A stretch of 64,000 nucleotides of DNA from Eledone cirrhosa (Eukaryota): positions 12,772,001 through 12,836,000 of the forward strand of contig OZ024747.1 in NCBI GenBank assembly GCA_964016885.1, in the 5' to 3' direction. The notes beneath the pieces are model-generated. The model did not search any database. It saw only the letters and a program-made list of their open reading frames with translations, and had not been told where the DNA came from. Of this stretch, positions 26,031 through 43,423 are shown piece by piece. The translations under genes were made by a program, and so were the position numbers. Positions within the stretch are counted from its first letter, which is position 1. The number at the start of each line of letters is the position of its first letter.

Positions 26031-27595
26031 CATAAGATCAAAAGATGGTTAAAAGAGTTCCAAGTATTTTATTATGCGCATTTCAAAAACAAATATCATC
26101 ATGGGATGATATCTGCGTTCTCATCAGATAAAATACGGAGACATGATATGAAGCTTAAAAAACACTTGTCAGCAGTGAATTTTTAAATCAACATATGAAA
26201 AATAAATTAAGATGGATGTATGAGATTGGGAAAAAGTGAGGGGTGGGGGTGGGGGTGGTTGGAAAAGGTAAGGAAGAGGAAGAAATAAGAGTAAAGGATG
26301 GTGGGGGGAGGAGTATAATATAATATCTCAATACCTTACTAGTTTAAAATACCCATCTTTCTACCTTATTTCAGTATTATATATTATATAATACAATTTA
26401 CTCATTCTATGTCATTCTTCTTTATCACTTTCCTTTCTTCCTTTTTTCTTTTTAATTTCTAATCTCTAATCTGTACTTTTTCTTCCCAACTATTTCTCAA
26501 TTCATATTATTACTCACCACAACATTATCCATTCTTCCATCTTTCTTCATATCATTGGCCATAAAAATTTATTTTTTAATACATTATAATATTACCATTA
26601 GCAGTCCTTCGTAAACATATAAACTTTTTGACGTTAGATTTTTTTCTTCCTTAAATTTTTCTTATCTCTTCTATCCTTTCATGCTCGTTTTAAACCTTAA
26701 TTTTACTTTTACATATTACAATACACAAAAACAAACTTAAACCATAACTAATTTCTTTTAATATATTATAATATTACCATTAGAAAATATTTCGTAAACA
26801 TATATACTTTTGATGTTAGCTATTTTCTTCTTTAAACATTCTTTTTTCTTCTCTCCTTCCGCGCTCATTTTAAACATACTATTTACGTATACATATTACA
26901 ATACATAAAAACAAATTAAACCCTAACTAATTCCTCTAAATTCATAACTCATTTATTCTCCTTCCTTTCATATTATATCCTTAATATCATTAATATTTTT
27001 ATTTTAATAATACATATTAATAAATTCTTTTCATATTATTAAACCCTTCAATATACAAACCTTAATTTAATACTATTCTTAATTCCTTTTTCTTCATGCA
27101 TAAACCTCATTAACTTTTAACTTTTAATTTCAAAATCTTTTAAATGATCTATTATCTTCCAACGGATTTTTAATTTCTCTCTGTGAGACAATATTTTTTC
27201 TCAGTTGTAAAGGCTATCTCTCTCTCTCTATCACCCACCTCTCCTCCTCTCTCATCCTTCCTTCTTATACTCCTCCCCCACCATCCTTTACTCTTATTTC
27301 TTCCTCTTCCTTACCTTTTCCAACCCTCCCCCTCACTTTTTCCCAATCTCATACATCCATCTTAATTTATTTTTCATATCATGTCTCCCTATTTTATCTG
27401 ATGAGAACGCATATATCATCCCATGGTGATATTTGTTTTTAAAATGCGCATAATAAAATACATGGAACTCTTTTAACCATCTTTTGATCTTATATTATTT
27501 ATACTCCAATCCTACAAACTGTAGAGTGCTACTTATCCGATATTTGCATTGCTTTATTGTGCTACAATAAAACTGACCTCCTACATTATATATAT
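26029..27595. mobile_element. About 1.5-kb element with inverted hammerhead-bearing terminal repeats (Penelope-like pLTR pair)
   Basis: 26029-26315 is the reverse complement of about 27263-27495. The pyrimidine-skewed interior holds two ~180-bp repeats (about 26575 and 26757). An unpaired tail runs to 27595. (TA)n on both sides. Confidence 0.75.
26064..26136 (-). ncRNA. Minimal type I hammerhead ribozyme
   Basis: GTATTTTAT-CTGATGA-long stem II-GAAA-TGCGC-ATA-ATAAAATAC. 9-bp perfect stem I and palindromic ATGCGCAT stem III. The sister copy at 27390-27460 (+) has GAAA changed to AAAA. Confidence 0.85.
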
Positions 27596-27601
27596 ACATA
27601 T

Positions 27602-27653
<52 letters not shown>

Positions 27654-27657
<4 letters not shown>

Positions 27658-27731
27658 CTTTCTCTCTGTGCTATTTGGGCTTACTTTATTCATATATATA
27701 TGTTTTTGCATGTCAGATTCAAACTTACAGC

Positions 27732-27783
<52 letters not shown>

Positions 27784-27845
27784 GCTGTAAGTTTGAACTT
27801 TATTCATATATATATGTTTTTGCATGTCAGATTCAAACTTACAGC

Positions 27846-27899
<54 letters not shown>

Positions 27900-27978
27900 G
27901 CTGTAAGTTTGAATCTGACATGCAAACACATATATATATGAATAAAGTAAGCCCAAATAGCACAGAGAGAAAGAGGGA
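27654..27978. repeat. Nested inverted repeats centred on (TA)n tracts
   Basis: TCCCTCTTTCTCTCTGTGCTATTTGGG..CTTACAGCATT-(AT)n-AATGCTGTAAG..CCCAAATAGCACAGAGAGAAAGAGGGA, with a partial internal duplication. Confidence 0.85.
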
Positions 27979-28089
27979 GAGAGGGGGAGGGGGGAGAAAT
28001 GAGGTGCAACAGAAATGAAACATGGTTAAAATATAGTCTAGATAGCTGTGAAACAAAACGAGGATGTAGTTTATGGAACACCCAAATGA

Positions 28090-28550
28090 TTTAGAAGTCG
28101 ATCTTAAGTCGGAGCAATAACATTAAGAAAGACATGAAGGACACCACAACACTTTGTTTTGAAAATTTTGAAAGTAGGTTTATAAGTATGAATTTTCATA
28201 AGATTGTTGTAGTTGTCTCTGTGGCCTATCGGTAGGTACTAGACACGGTGAAGATCCTGGCCTTGGGTTCAATCCTGGCCTTGGGTTCAATCTTGGTCAG
28301 TTTTTATTTTACAATCAATAGAAAAAAAAACTGAAAAGGTTAACCAGGAACCCTACCCCGACCAGGATCAAACTTCAGACCAGGATCACCACCGTCTATA
28401 ATTCCTCCAACTAGGCCACCGAGTCAGTTACAAAAGTATAATGAAAATTGATAATTATAAACGAACTTTCAAAATCAAAGTTAAAAAGATGTGGTGAGGT
28501 TCATGGTTTTCCTAGAGCTATTAGTAATATTTAGGGTCGACTTCTGGTCA
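28090..28550. mobile_element. Degenerate fold-back element with tRNA-like A/B boxes
   Basis: The left half (AGAAGTCGA..TTTGAAAGT..TGGCCTATCGG..GGGTTCAATCC) mirrors the right half (GGATCA..TAGGCCA..ACTTTCAAAA..TCGACTTCT). Confidence 0.5.
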
Positions 28551-28705
28551 TTATTGAAAGTCTCTGGATTTCGCAAAATGCATAATATTTTTTATTGGAG
28601 AAGGTAAGATATTTTTCCGCAAAAATTTGATTGCAGTGTTTTGTTTCCACTTATGTATTTTTCGAAAATGTTATTTATTCATAAGTGGAAACAAAACAGT
28701 GCAAT

Positions 28706-33215
<4,510 letters not shown>

Positions 33216-34559
33216 ATGTGACGGCCTATTGCATTATATGGTTATTCATTGTTTTTTTTATTTTTTCTTATAATTAATTGTGTGCGTGCGTATGTAGGTT
33301 GTCCATGGTCCCCGTCTCTCAGTAATAAAGATGGGAAGAAACGACAACTCACGTGCACAGAGACACATACACAGACACAGATACACATTGTTAGCTTATA
33401 ATCGTTGTGAACCTTATTCAGAAATTCAGAAAGTGTTTGTGAAGACTAGGTTGTCTGTCAAATTAAATCTTCTTCAGTGAAAAATCCTCCATTGTAAAAC
33501 TTCAAATACCATAACAATAACTCCGGGATATACAATAATGAAGACAGGTTACGAAATGCAGTATGCTTGTCCTTGTTGCATATTATAATATAGCTGTTTC
33601 TATTATAATATAGCTGCTGTTTGATATTGGAGATGAAAGAGATTATTGTTTGCCCAAGAAGAGAATAAAAACGAAAAGATACAAAGGAAAAAGGTAGACA
33701 GAAGCTTTTCTCTAGTATACTTTAGTTACTACAATAATTGTTGAAATATTCTGCTAGTTGATTAATGGTTAATAACACCAAATACAGACCTTTTCTGAAC
33801 AAACGAAACAAATATCTAATATTATCAATAACGACTATAATTGGATTAACGAAATGTTTTACGAAGGAGATATTATTCTGAGAAGCTTTTAGACAGAAAT
33901 ATTTTAAGTAATTTCGTTCATTGACGGAATCTACATCAAATAAAATAGAATATTCTTTAGTTGCTTGGAAACTCCAACTTTAAAAAGAAACGTTAACCTG
34001 CAAATATTGCAATATGTCTGAGGACAATATTATTATAATCATCTTTATATTAATACTACCGTTGTTTGAAACTATATAAATACCTGGGTATTGTACGTGT
34101 ATGTCACGCTAAGGGAACCATCTGAAACAGAATAAGAGACAGACAGTTGATAGTCTTAGTTGTAATGGCGGCCTTGATGATGTTGGTGATGATGAATGGT
34201 GGTAGTGGTGGTGGGGCTGGCAGTGGAGATGTTAGGGATGATAATGATAAATGGTGCTGGGGGGGTGACCGACCTAGCAGAACTTCGGGCAATTATCAGC
34301 AACGAACTCTTGAGCCGACCAAGAGCGAAAGTCTTTTAAAGGACACAGAGAGAGAGAGAAAGAGAGAGAGAGAGCGAGAGAGCGAGCGATATATATATAT
34401 ATAGAGAGAGAGAAACAGAGAGGGGGGGAGAAGGAAGAAGAAAGCAGCAGTTAAGGTTAAACCCCTTCAAGTTGATAAAATTATGGGATCTATCTTCTCC
34501 CAACCTTAAACGGAAATTGTCATTTCAACTCAGTGACCAGTGATGACTTGAAGGGGTTG

Positions 34560-35010
34560 AGAACTGTGAAAATGTTTGAAAATTCAAAGCATAGGCCACG
34601 AGCAATGGCCATTTCCAAGAATTCTCTGAATATGAAGTCCTCTATAGTTGCAGTGGAACCCTTTCAGTACAGAATGAGCAGCCATCTTCGCAGATGGCTA
34701 GGCTTGCCACACAGCATGAGCAGCTTTGGGTTGTATGTGAAGAACAAATTCTGGCTTTCGTTCGGCTCTGTAAGTGAGGAATGTATGGCGATGTGAGTAT
34801 GAGAACATCTGCCGTACACCAGTGAGGGATAATTGTAAAGACTGTGAAGAAATAGTGGGAAGTTGAGACAGTCTAACAGGCAGTGGTACAGTTGAAATGT
34901 AGGGCCCTTCTAGAGAGTCAAGCACAAGACAGGACCGTACAATTCGAATATCAATCTGACACTGGAAGCAGGTAGGAGAGGCGGAATTTGGTGCGAGCAA
35001 GCAAAACATT
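34560..35010 (+). pseudogene. Decayed Hero/NeSL-like non-LTR retrotransposon fragment
   Basis: SSHLRRWLGLPHSMSSFGLY..NK..LSFGSVSEE resembles the LRxWLGLPxSLSSxxLY..KL.LPF.S..EE thumb region of Hero-type RLE elements (recalled motif). Confidence 0.55.
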
Positions 35011-35018
35011 GGCTATAC

Positions 35019-35269
35019 CAGGCATGTCAAACATGAGGCCCGCGGGCCGAATGCGGCCCTTTACAAGCACACCTGCGGCCCGCACAAAGATTTTTACAGC
35101 GCGAGCATGTTTTATCTTCGTAATATATAAAAAAAAAAAAGGTGTTGTAATGTGCGCAATTAGTTGTCGTGTGTGGCCCTCAGACAACACATTTGTGATC
35201 CATGTGGCCCTCAGACAACATATTTGTGACCCATGTGACCCTCGGGGGACCCTCAGTTTGACATGCCTG
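35019..35269. mobile_element. hAT/Charlie-type MITE
   Basis: Perfect TIRs CAGGCATGTCAAAC / GTTTGACATGCCTG, GCGGCCC subterminal repeats, 8-bp TSD GGCTATAC/GGATATAC. Confidence 0.9.
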
Positions 35270-35329
35270 GGATATACGAAGGCAATCTTAAAATTTCATT
35301 TCCCTTTTTCGATCAGAACTAATCATTAA

Positions 35330-36700
35330 GCTAATCTATTGTATGTTGGGATTAAGATTTTTGGAGATGGATCCAAGATGGTTATTAGCAATTTTCAAGT
35401 GTTGCATCACCGCTTAATCAAATATCTTATCACGATTCCTTAAATTCTGCCGTTCAATATTTCAACATTTAAGTATTAGTTCTGCTTTATCTTTTAACTT
35501 CCTTGAAATCGATGTATTGATGGAGTAAAGTTTCTCATGAGTTAAAACTCCAAAATTTATTTTGCTGCGGCCTATTTCCTATTTTAATTTAGCGAAAGGA
35601 AATCTATATACAATTAGAGCAATCTTCTCATTCCTGTAAATATTTATTCATATCTTGAACGGCTTGTTTGATCCTAGATACTAAGCAACTAAATTCCAAT
35701 AAGCCAATAGCACTTTTAACACTTTGGTAACGTTTTCCTTGCATGTATTGATTTTTCTTACCCGTTTCCACCCAACTCTTGTTTTCTGTGTTACTAGCTT
35801 TAGTTTTCCCTGTTTTCTTTTTCAGGTAATTATTCTTTAAACGCAACCAATTCTATCTTTTTATTATTATCTTCTATTTGACTTGTTCTTTTAAAGAATA
35901 CAGAATACTGTTACATGTTTCCATAACTAATTTTGTGACGTTCTTTCATGTTTGAAGATATCCATTGTTATCGTATTTCCTTTTATTATTTCCTCTAAAA
36001 AGAATTTCTTCTATTATGCCTCATACGTTAAACAAATTCACAATCTTTCACTTCAATCTTTTTTTCGCATCAAGGTAAACGATATATATCTTTTCTCTGG
36101 CGTAGATTGTGTGCATTTCCCGCCCATCCCTAACTATTTCTTCTATTCGTATTCTTCAACTCAATTATGAATTCTTGTATCGTATTTCTTTTTAAATTTT
36201 AATAATTCTTTCAAAGTAGTGTTTTTTAAATATTATATCATTAATTCCCCTTTTAGTTTCTCACCTTTGAGATTATATATATGGCCTTTGTTGGAGAGAA
36301 TTTTCATTTCCTTACTATATACAATACAAATATTCATATTTTTATTCCCTTAAAGCTTCGTCTATTTGGAGAAATAATTCTTTAGTTATGAACTTCAGGA
36401 GCTTTGTTTAATAATTCAGATATAATGTGTGAAGTCTGAATTCCTTGAAGCTGTTTTTGTTGATAAAACTTCATTAAATAAATGTATGTTTTAAATGTTT
36501 TCAACAACAAAAGTTATCGTAATTCGCCAGCCATTTCTAGCTAGAAAACAAATATGGTTTTACCAACGAGGGAACCTTTTTATAATCATTCAATCTGTTG
36601 GAAATGACAATAAATTCTCAGCCGTTTTTCAGATGAAAAACCGTCTAATTTCAAGTATCTACCGCAGAAAACTTTCATTGTACTTGATGGTGCTATTCTT
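35330..36700 (-). pseudogene. Heavily decayed probable hAT/Charlie transposase
   Basis: Scattered pieces in the expected order: RYLKLDGF, KP..KWLAN, SHIISELL, EKLYSINTSI/QG, LKDKAE, MQHLK. Many stops and frameshifts. Confidence 0.4.
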
Positions 36701-37491
36701 ATTTCTTTAGCAGGTGGGTTGGTTATGTTTCGTATGTGCTGATGTGTGAATTGAAGTGAGGGAAAGCAATCTCCGCAAAGCATTAAAATTGAAGTAGATA
36801 AGGACCAAAAAGGAGGCAACGCCCAATTACCTATTTATTTTAGCCATGAAATACAACAAAACCATATTACATTATATTGTTTTACAGAGTTCACAGAAAT
36901 ATAATTATAAACATGAAATCGTGTACTTTTGGTGATATATTTATGTGTTTAGATGTGGAATATGTAAAATGAGATATATTGAATGTGTATGTGTAGAGAA
37001 GGTAAAGAAATTCGACAGTTTTTGTCAGTGTTTGGCTGCCCAAAACGATCAGACAGAGGTACCTGTGTTTGTATTATGGGAGGAATAGGAAACAGAGCTT
37101 GTCGGGGTCTGAATAGCCTTAATATACCTTTAGTGTCAAGTTAAACTCGAGGATAATTTCCCTGCATTTCTATTGTCGCCTTTGTGGTTATTTATGATGT
37201 TATTGTCGCCTTTGTAGTTATTTATGACGTTATATCACTTATAATTTTCGTTTTAGTTGTTGTTTGGTTCCAATTTGTTTCTGTTCAACCAAAACAATGA
37301 TAAACGGCATTTCAGCCATGGCCATCCTATCTCAGGTAGTTTATCTAGGATTGCATTAGTCACCGTGACCTCCCATTTCTTCATTGGTAGAATAGTTATC
37401 TGAAGGAGATTTAGTGGCTATTTCTAGCAGGTCGAGCAACCATGTAGAGGTTTGAAGGAGGAGTAAGTGGATCTTAATGAATTGTTAAGTA

Positions 37492-37678
37492 ATAATTGTT
37501 TCTACTTTTGGCACAAGGCCAGCAAATACCCAGTGCATTACTGGTACTTTATTTTATCGACCCCATAAGGATGAGAGACAAAGTTAACCTCGACAGGATT
37601 TGAACTCAGAACATAAAGGGACGTAACTATGCTGGAAAGCATGGCGTCCGACCGTCTACCGACACTGCCAATTCACCG
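37492..37678 (-). mobile_element. SINE family A (short subtype)
   Basis: Consensus match. Confidence 0.88.
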
Positions 37679-38898
37679 CACCGTCCAATGAGTTACCAAA
37701 AAAAAGCCATGTTATGAGGAGAGGCCTTTCACTGCATGAAATACATATTTAGTAAATATGTATGGAGACGTAAGTCCTTATAGAGTCGTAGGAGCGCTGT
37801 CGTGACATTTAGCCCGTCTTGGGCATTTTAAATCTGGTGGAGCCCATCACATCTCCAGATCTGATTTCTTCAAGAGAAGGAAAGGAAGGAAGTGAGAAAG
37901 GGATATAGAGGATGAATTGAGTCCAGTACTAGACTGGTACTTATTTTCATCGACCTTAGAGAGCCAGAACAAATACCACAAATCATTCTGTCAGACATTC
38001 TAACAACTCTGTCAATTCACCGCCTACTTGGTAAATATACCGAGTATGTGTTTAGTCACGTTTTATTTTGTTATTTTTATTAGTAGTGTTACTTATGAGC
38101 TTCTGTTATTCCTGATGCTTACTTGTTCTATGTATTGTTATTATCATTATTCTTGACTATCTGAAGAGGGTAGCGTCTTTCATTTTAATAATCTTCCCTT
38201 ACTGTTACTTCCGCTGCCATTTGTAAAAATACATGTTATTTGTCTTGTCAGTAAACGATAAAGTTCAACTATCTTTCCCCAGAGGACAGTTGTTCCTCGC
38301 GATGAAATCGCTTTACTCCAGTTGCGTTCAAAATACAATAAACTAAGAAACAGACAATGAAAATATAATTAAATAAAGAAGTAAAAATCCACAGAGCTTC
38401 TCTTTTAATGTTTGCCACTGCATGTTAAAAAATTCAGTAAATATTTTAATGGGCAGGCGGCTAAACATTTTGAGAATTGGTACAGTCGATCAAATCAACC
38501 TCAGTATTTAACCGGTACTTATTTTATTGCACCTTGGAAGATAAAAAGCGAAGTTGAATTTTAAGAGAATTGAGTTTGTAAGTAAATACGACAAAACTAA
38601 TTTATAACAAGGGCTAAGGCCATAAAGTATTTTACTTGTATTTATTTTATCGATCACGGAGGAGGTGGGGGACTGAAAAGTGAAACAATTGCTGCTGTTG
38701 CCACCATTTTCAAACGGAGGTCCATTACAATTTCAAAGTGATATGTCTATTGGACAGAATGAAACTTATGTGACGTTCATGCTTTTCTCGTGTGAATTAG
38801 CAAAAAAAGAAATACTTGAGAGGAACTTTGTTTGTCGAACGTGCGTCCAACCTATTTTCTTAACAACGATTTCTAGCTCAGTTAGTAGCTAAGACATA

Positions 38899-39075
38899 AA
38901 TGTTTCTACTTTTGGCACAAGGCCAGCAATTATCCCAGTGCATTAGTGGTACTTTATTTTATCGACCCCGTAAGGATGAAAGGCAAAGTCAACCTCGGCG
39001 GGAGTTGAACTCAGATCGTAAAGGGACGTAACTATGCTGGAAAGCATGGCGTCCGACCCTCTACCGATACTGCCA
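38899..39075 (-). mobile_element. SINE family A (short subtype)
   Basis: Consensus match. TSD TAAGACATAA. Confidence 0.9.
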
Positions 39076-39120
39076 ATAAGACATAATGCCACAGTTTCGT
39101 GGAAGAGAGTAGCCGAGTAA

Positions 39121-39697
39121 ATCGACACCAGTACGTAACTAACGTGTCGACACCAGTACGTAACTAACGTGTCGACACCAGTACGTAACTAACGTGTCAA
39201 CACCAGTACGTAACTAACGTGTCGACACCAGTACGTAACTAACGTGTCGACACCAGTACGTAACTAACGTGTCGACACCAGTACCTAACTACCGTGTCGA
39301 CACCAGTACCTAACTACCGTTTCGACACCAGTACGTAACTAACGTGTCGACACCAGTACGTAACTAACGTGTCGACACCAGTACCTAACTACCGTGTCGA
39401 CACCAGTACCTAACTACCGTTTCGACACCAGTACGTAACTAACGTGTCGACACCAGTACGTAACTAACGTGTCGACACCAGTACCTAACTACCGTGTCGA
39501 CACCAGTACCTAACTACCGTTTCGACACCAGTACGTAACTAACGTGTCGACACCAGTACGTAACTAACGTGTCAACACCAGTACGTAACTAACGTGTCGA
39601 CACCAGTACGTAACTAACGTGTCGACACCAGTACGTAACTAACGTGTCGACACCAGTACGTAACTAACGTGTCGACACCAGTACCTAACTACCGTCG
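39121..39697. repeat. 25-bp minisatellite, about 23 copies
   Basis: Unit GTGTCGACACCAGTAC(G/C)TAACTA(A/C)C. Confidence 0.95.
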
Positions 39698-40071
39698 AAG
39701 ACGCTACTTTTTTCCTAAAATAAGTCTAAAGAATCTACCATGCGTCCTGGAGGCCGAAGGTTGATTATTATTTTTTTTCAAATTGGTTAACTTTGCCTTT
39801 CATCCTTATGGGGTCGATAAAATAAAGTACCAGTAATGTACTGGATAATTGCTGGCCTTGTGCCAAAAGTAGAAACAATTATTTTTTTTCAAATTTTTGC
39901 TTGTCAAAATTAGGGTGCGTTCTCGAGGACGAAGCGTCTTCGGCGACGGGAAATACGGTATATTTCATTTTACCTATCCCATAAGGATGAAAGGCTAAAC
40001 TTTTACGAGATTTGAACTTAGAAAGTAAAGGAGCATAAACGCATACGTGATATATCAATACCGATTTAATA

Positions 40072-40470
40072 ACGATTTCTAATTTTGACACAAGGCCAGC
40101 AATTATCCCAGTACATTACTGGTATTTTATTTTATCGACCCCGTAAGGATGAAAGGCAAAGTTAACCTCGGCGGGATTTGAACTGAGATCATAAAGGGCC
40201 GTAATTCTATGCTGCAAAGTATGGCGTCTGACCCTCTACTGATACTGCCAAATAACGGTTTCTAATTTTGGCACATTTTTTGGCGAGTAAAAGTAAGTTG
40301 AATATATCGACCCCAGTCCTTGGTTGGTATTTATTTTATCGACTTCGAAAAATGAAAAAAACAAAGCTAACCTGAGCGAGATTCGAACTCAGAACGTAAC
40401 AGAGAGCCTAAATAAATACTGCTAAACATTTATCTGATGCTCTGATGACTCTGCCAATTCACCGCCCGAT
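40072..40470 (-). mobile_element. Young SINE A nested in an older SINE A-like copy
   Basis: 40072-40250 is consensus-like. 40252-40470 is a diverged copy with the same tail. Confidence 0.8.
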
Positions 40471-41317
40471 TAATGATTTCTAAAAGACACAATACTACAA
40501 ATTATGAAGATATTTATGAAACTATCAAGTTTATTAATTTCTCACTGTACCTTGAAATGAAAACGATCTTAAGTTGAATTCAGAACTAGGTCTTCGTTCC
40601 ATGTAAACATTCTGTCGCACTTCAGAGCACTAATAACAAGTTGCTCTACTAGTTTTGAAAAAAAAAAAAAAAGCCCTCCTATTTGAAACGATTGTATCGG
40701 TTTAACATATTCACAATAGTTGTAATTTTTCTACTTTAAGCCTATAATATTGTAATTGTATTGTTTTGGTTTAGCACGTACGCAGTAGCTGTAATGTTTT
40801 ATATTTTCTACCTAAGGTGTGCCACAAATAATATCTATATACACCTACGTAGTTGTCTCTACTGCTAGTATCAAATCACATGAAATAAAATGATTTCCGT
40901 GAAATATGCCAAGGTTAAATGATCCAAGCGTCCCACTCTCTCACCAAAGACACCTCCCTCCGTCTTTTCCTTTGCTTTTCATGTGTGTCGAAGGTAAGTG
41001 ATTCGAGTGGACTCAATCACGACCCCCCCCCCCCCCCTCACCTGATTTTCCTTTACTCTTCATGTGTGCCGAGGCTAAGTGACTCGGTTGGATCACTTAT
41101 GGCCTACCAGCCTTCCGAAGGCTCTCCCTGTGTTTTTTTTTATTATCTCTCCTCAAACTACAATTAGAACATTAGAACATCAAATACGAGGTGAACAAGA
41201 AACGAAGAGAAACATGGCTCAGTCGGAAATCGAAACTCCATCGCAGTCTCTGTTTGCTGAGAACAAATTAACACTTTACTGTATTCTCAAATGGCATTAT
41301 AAGTGGATGTTTAGTTG

Positions 41318-41733
41318 TGGATTAGTAGTATCGGTAGAGGGTCGGACGCCATGCTTTGCAGCATAAAGTTACGGCCCTTTACAGTCTGAGTTCAAACCCC
41401 GCCGAGGTTAACTTTGCCTTTCATCCTTACGAGGTCGATAAAATAAAGTACCAGTAATGCGCTGGTGTCGATATAATCGACTTTCCCCTCCCAACAAATT
41501 GTTGGCCTCTACCTACATCAAAAACCATTATTACTTCGTCCACGAGCGGTGGATTGGCAGTAACGGTAGAGAGTCGGACGCCATGCTTTGCAGCACAGTT
41601 ACGTCCCTTTACGGACTGAGTTCAAATCCCGCCGAGGTTAACTTTGCCTTTCATCCTTACGGGGTCGATAAAATAAAGTACCAGTAATACACTGGGATAA
41701 TTGCTGGCCTTGTGCCAAAAGTAGAAACAATTA
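41318..41733 (+). mobile_element. Two tandem SINE A copies (long then short)
   Basis: Consensus matches. The second copy is flanked by TTATTACTTCGTCCAC duplicates. Confidence 0.9.
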
Positions 41734-42491
41734 TTACTTCGTCCACAGACGACCCAGCCAATGTGGGAGCCTCTACGTGGTTGCTCATTCTGTTAGAAAT
41801 AGCAGCAACCCTACCATCTTAACAAAAGAAGCACATTCTGAACAATTTAGTCCAGAGCGGTTACATAAGTCTGCTTAATTAGTTGACCTGGGGTTAAAGA
41901 TAATCAGCATCGTTCATAGAACGTACTAGTTGATTGAGCGCGTATGTATTGGGTCAAGTATGAACTTTGTAGAAATTTGTTTTATTTCTATAAATTTCTA
42001 CAAATTTCATACTTGACGACCCAATATATGTGTAGTTTAGTTTCAGGTAATCTCTAATCAAACAAACCCATGACCAACAGAGTTCCAGGCATGAACATCC
42101 TGTCTTTTTATCACTGATAGTGTATCAAAAATTACTTTACTGAATGTGTCCTTCTTATTAAGATGGCTTAAACAAATAAACATTTGGTTGGGGGACAGAT
42201 AATTGGCTAGATTTGAGGATCATATACCCTAGCCTGAGATGATGGAGCAGGGTGGAGGAACAAGTGCAAGGAGAAAAAGAGGGACAAGAAAATAGCTGAC
42301 ATACCATTGTATTACCGGTACATATGCATATGTTCACACGTATTTTAGAAAATGAAACAAATGGCGGGGAAGATATATATATATATATATATTATATTAT
42401 ATTTAGAGTTTTAAACTCAAACAGTTATTTACAATTAATTAGCTCAAAGAAAGAAGCATTTCTGAGCCGTGAAATACAAGTTAATATAAAT

Positions 42492-42680
42492 TAATTGTTT
42501 CTACTTTAGGCACAAGGCCAGCAATTACCCAGTGCATTACTGGTACTTTATTTTATCGACCCTGTAAGGATAAAAGGCAAAGTTAACCTTGGCGGGATTT
42601 GAACTCAGATCATAAAGGGACGTAACTATGCTGGAAAGCATGGCGTCCGACCCTCTACCGATACTGCCAATCCACCGCCC
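42492..42680 (-). mobile_element. SINE family A (short subtype)
   Basis: Consensus match. TSD AGTTAATATAAATTAAT. Confidence 0.9.
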
Positions 42681-43098
42681 TTAGTTAATATAAATTAATA
42701 TATGATAAACACGTAAGTGTTTGCATTGCAAAAGACGAAGTTAGCTAGAATGAAATAAACTAATTAAAATAAATATAGTTTGTCCGTCTCGAGAGAGAGA
42801 GAGAGAGAAAACAGAGAGATCGAGACCGTGATCTCTTTACTGCGAAGCAAACTTCTTAACCACTCACTCAGTCATGCCAGTAAAAATATAAAAACGGTGC
42901 CAATATATACTACGTAGATTCTAAAAGTCATAATATAAGGTATTATGTAAAATATATAAAACATATAAAGTATAAGATATAAAAAAAAATAGTATTGATA
43001 CCGAGAAAAATTGGAAAAATAATAAAAAGAGAAAAAAGAAAAACTGAAGGTGATGAACACAAATTGAAAAATAGTGTTGATATTATCACTAATAGTGT

Positions 43099-43146
43099 GG
43101 TTCCTTGGTGGAGTGGTTTTCACGTCTGCTTCACATCCAGAAGGTC
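43099..43146 (+). pseudogene. Truncated tRNA-Val-like fragment (diverged copy)
   Basis: GGTTCCTTGGTGGAGTGGTTTTCACGTCTGCTTCACATCCAGAAGGTC, no T arm. Confidence 0.65.
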
Positions 43147-43185
43147 ATTTTTTAAATTATATATTTGTTAGTAAAGATATTAACA

Positions 43186-43357
43186 GTTTCTATTTGCGGC
43201 ACAATTATCCCAGTACATTACTGGTACTATATTTTATCGACCCTGTAAAGATGAAAGGCAACGTTAACCTCGGCGGAATTTGATCTAAGACCGTAAATGA
43301 GCGCAACTCTGTGCTGCAAAGCATAGTGTCCGACACGATACTGCCAATCCACCGCCC
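43186..43357 (-). mobile_element. SINE family A (short subtype)
   Basis: Consensus match. Lies between the two tRNA-Val-like fragments. Confidence 0.85.
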
Positions 43358-43375
43358 TATTATCTATAATAATGT

Positions 43376-43423
43376 GGTCCCTTGGTGTAGTGGTTATCAC
43401 GTCTGCTTCACACCCAGAAGGTC
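43376..43423 (+). pseudogene. Truncated tRNA-Val(CAC)-like fragment
   Basis: GGTCCCTTGGTGTAGTGGTTATCACGTCTGCTTCACACCCAGAAGGTC matches the 5' two-thirds of metazoan tRNA-Val with anticodon loop TTCACAC. T arm and 3' acceptor are absent. Confidence 0.75.

Noticed and set aside
26330-27240. GIY-YIG or RT coding remnant inside the 1.5-kb element
   Set aside because: No recognisable motifs in the frames I could read. Low-complexity T/C-rich sequence.
34147-34404. Signal-peptide-like small ORF
   Set aside because: Non-ATG start, made of degenerate GAT/GGT and GA repeats.
43376-43423. Functional tRNA-Val gene
   Set aside because: No T arm, B box or 3' acceptor strand.
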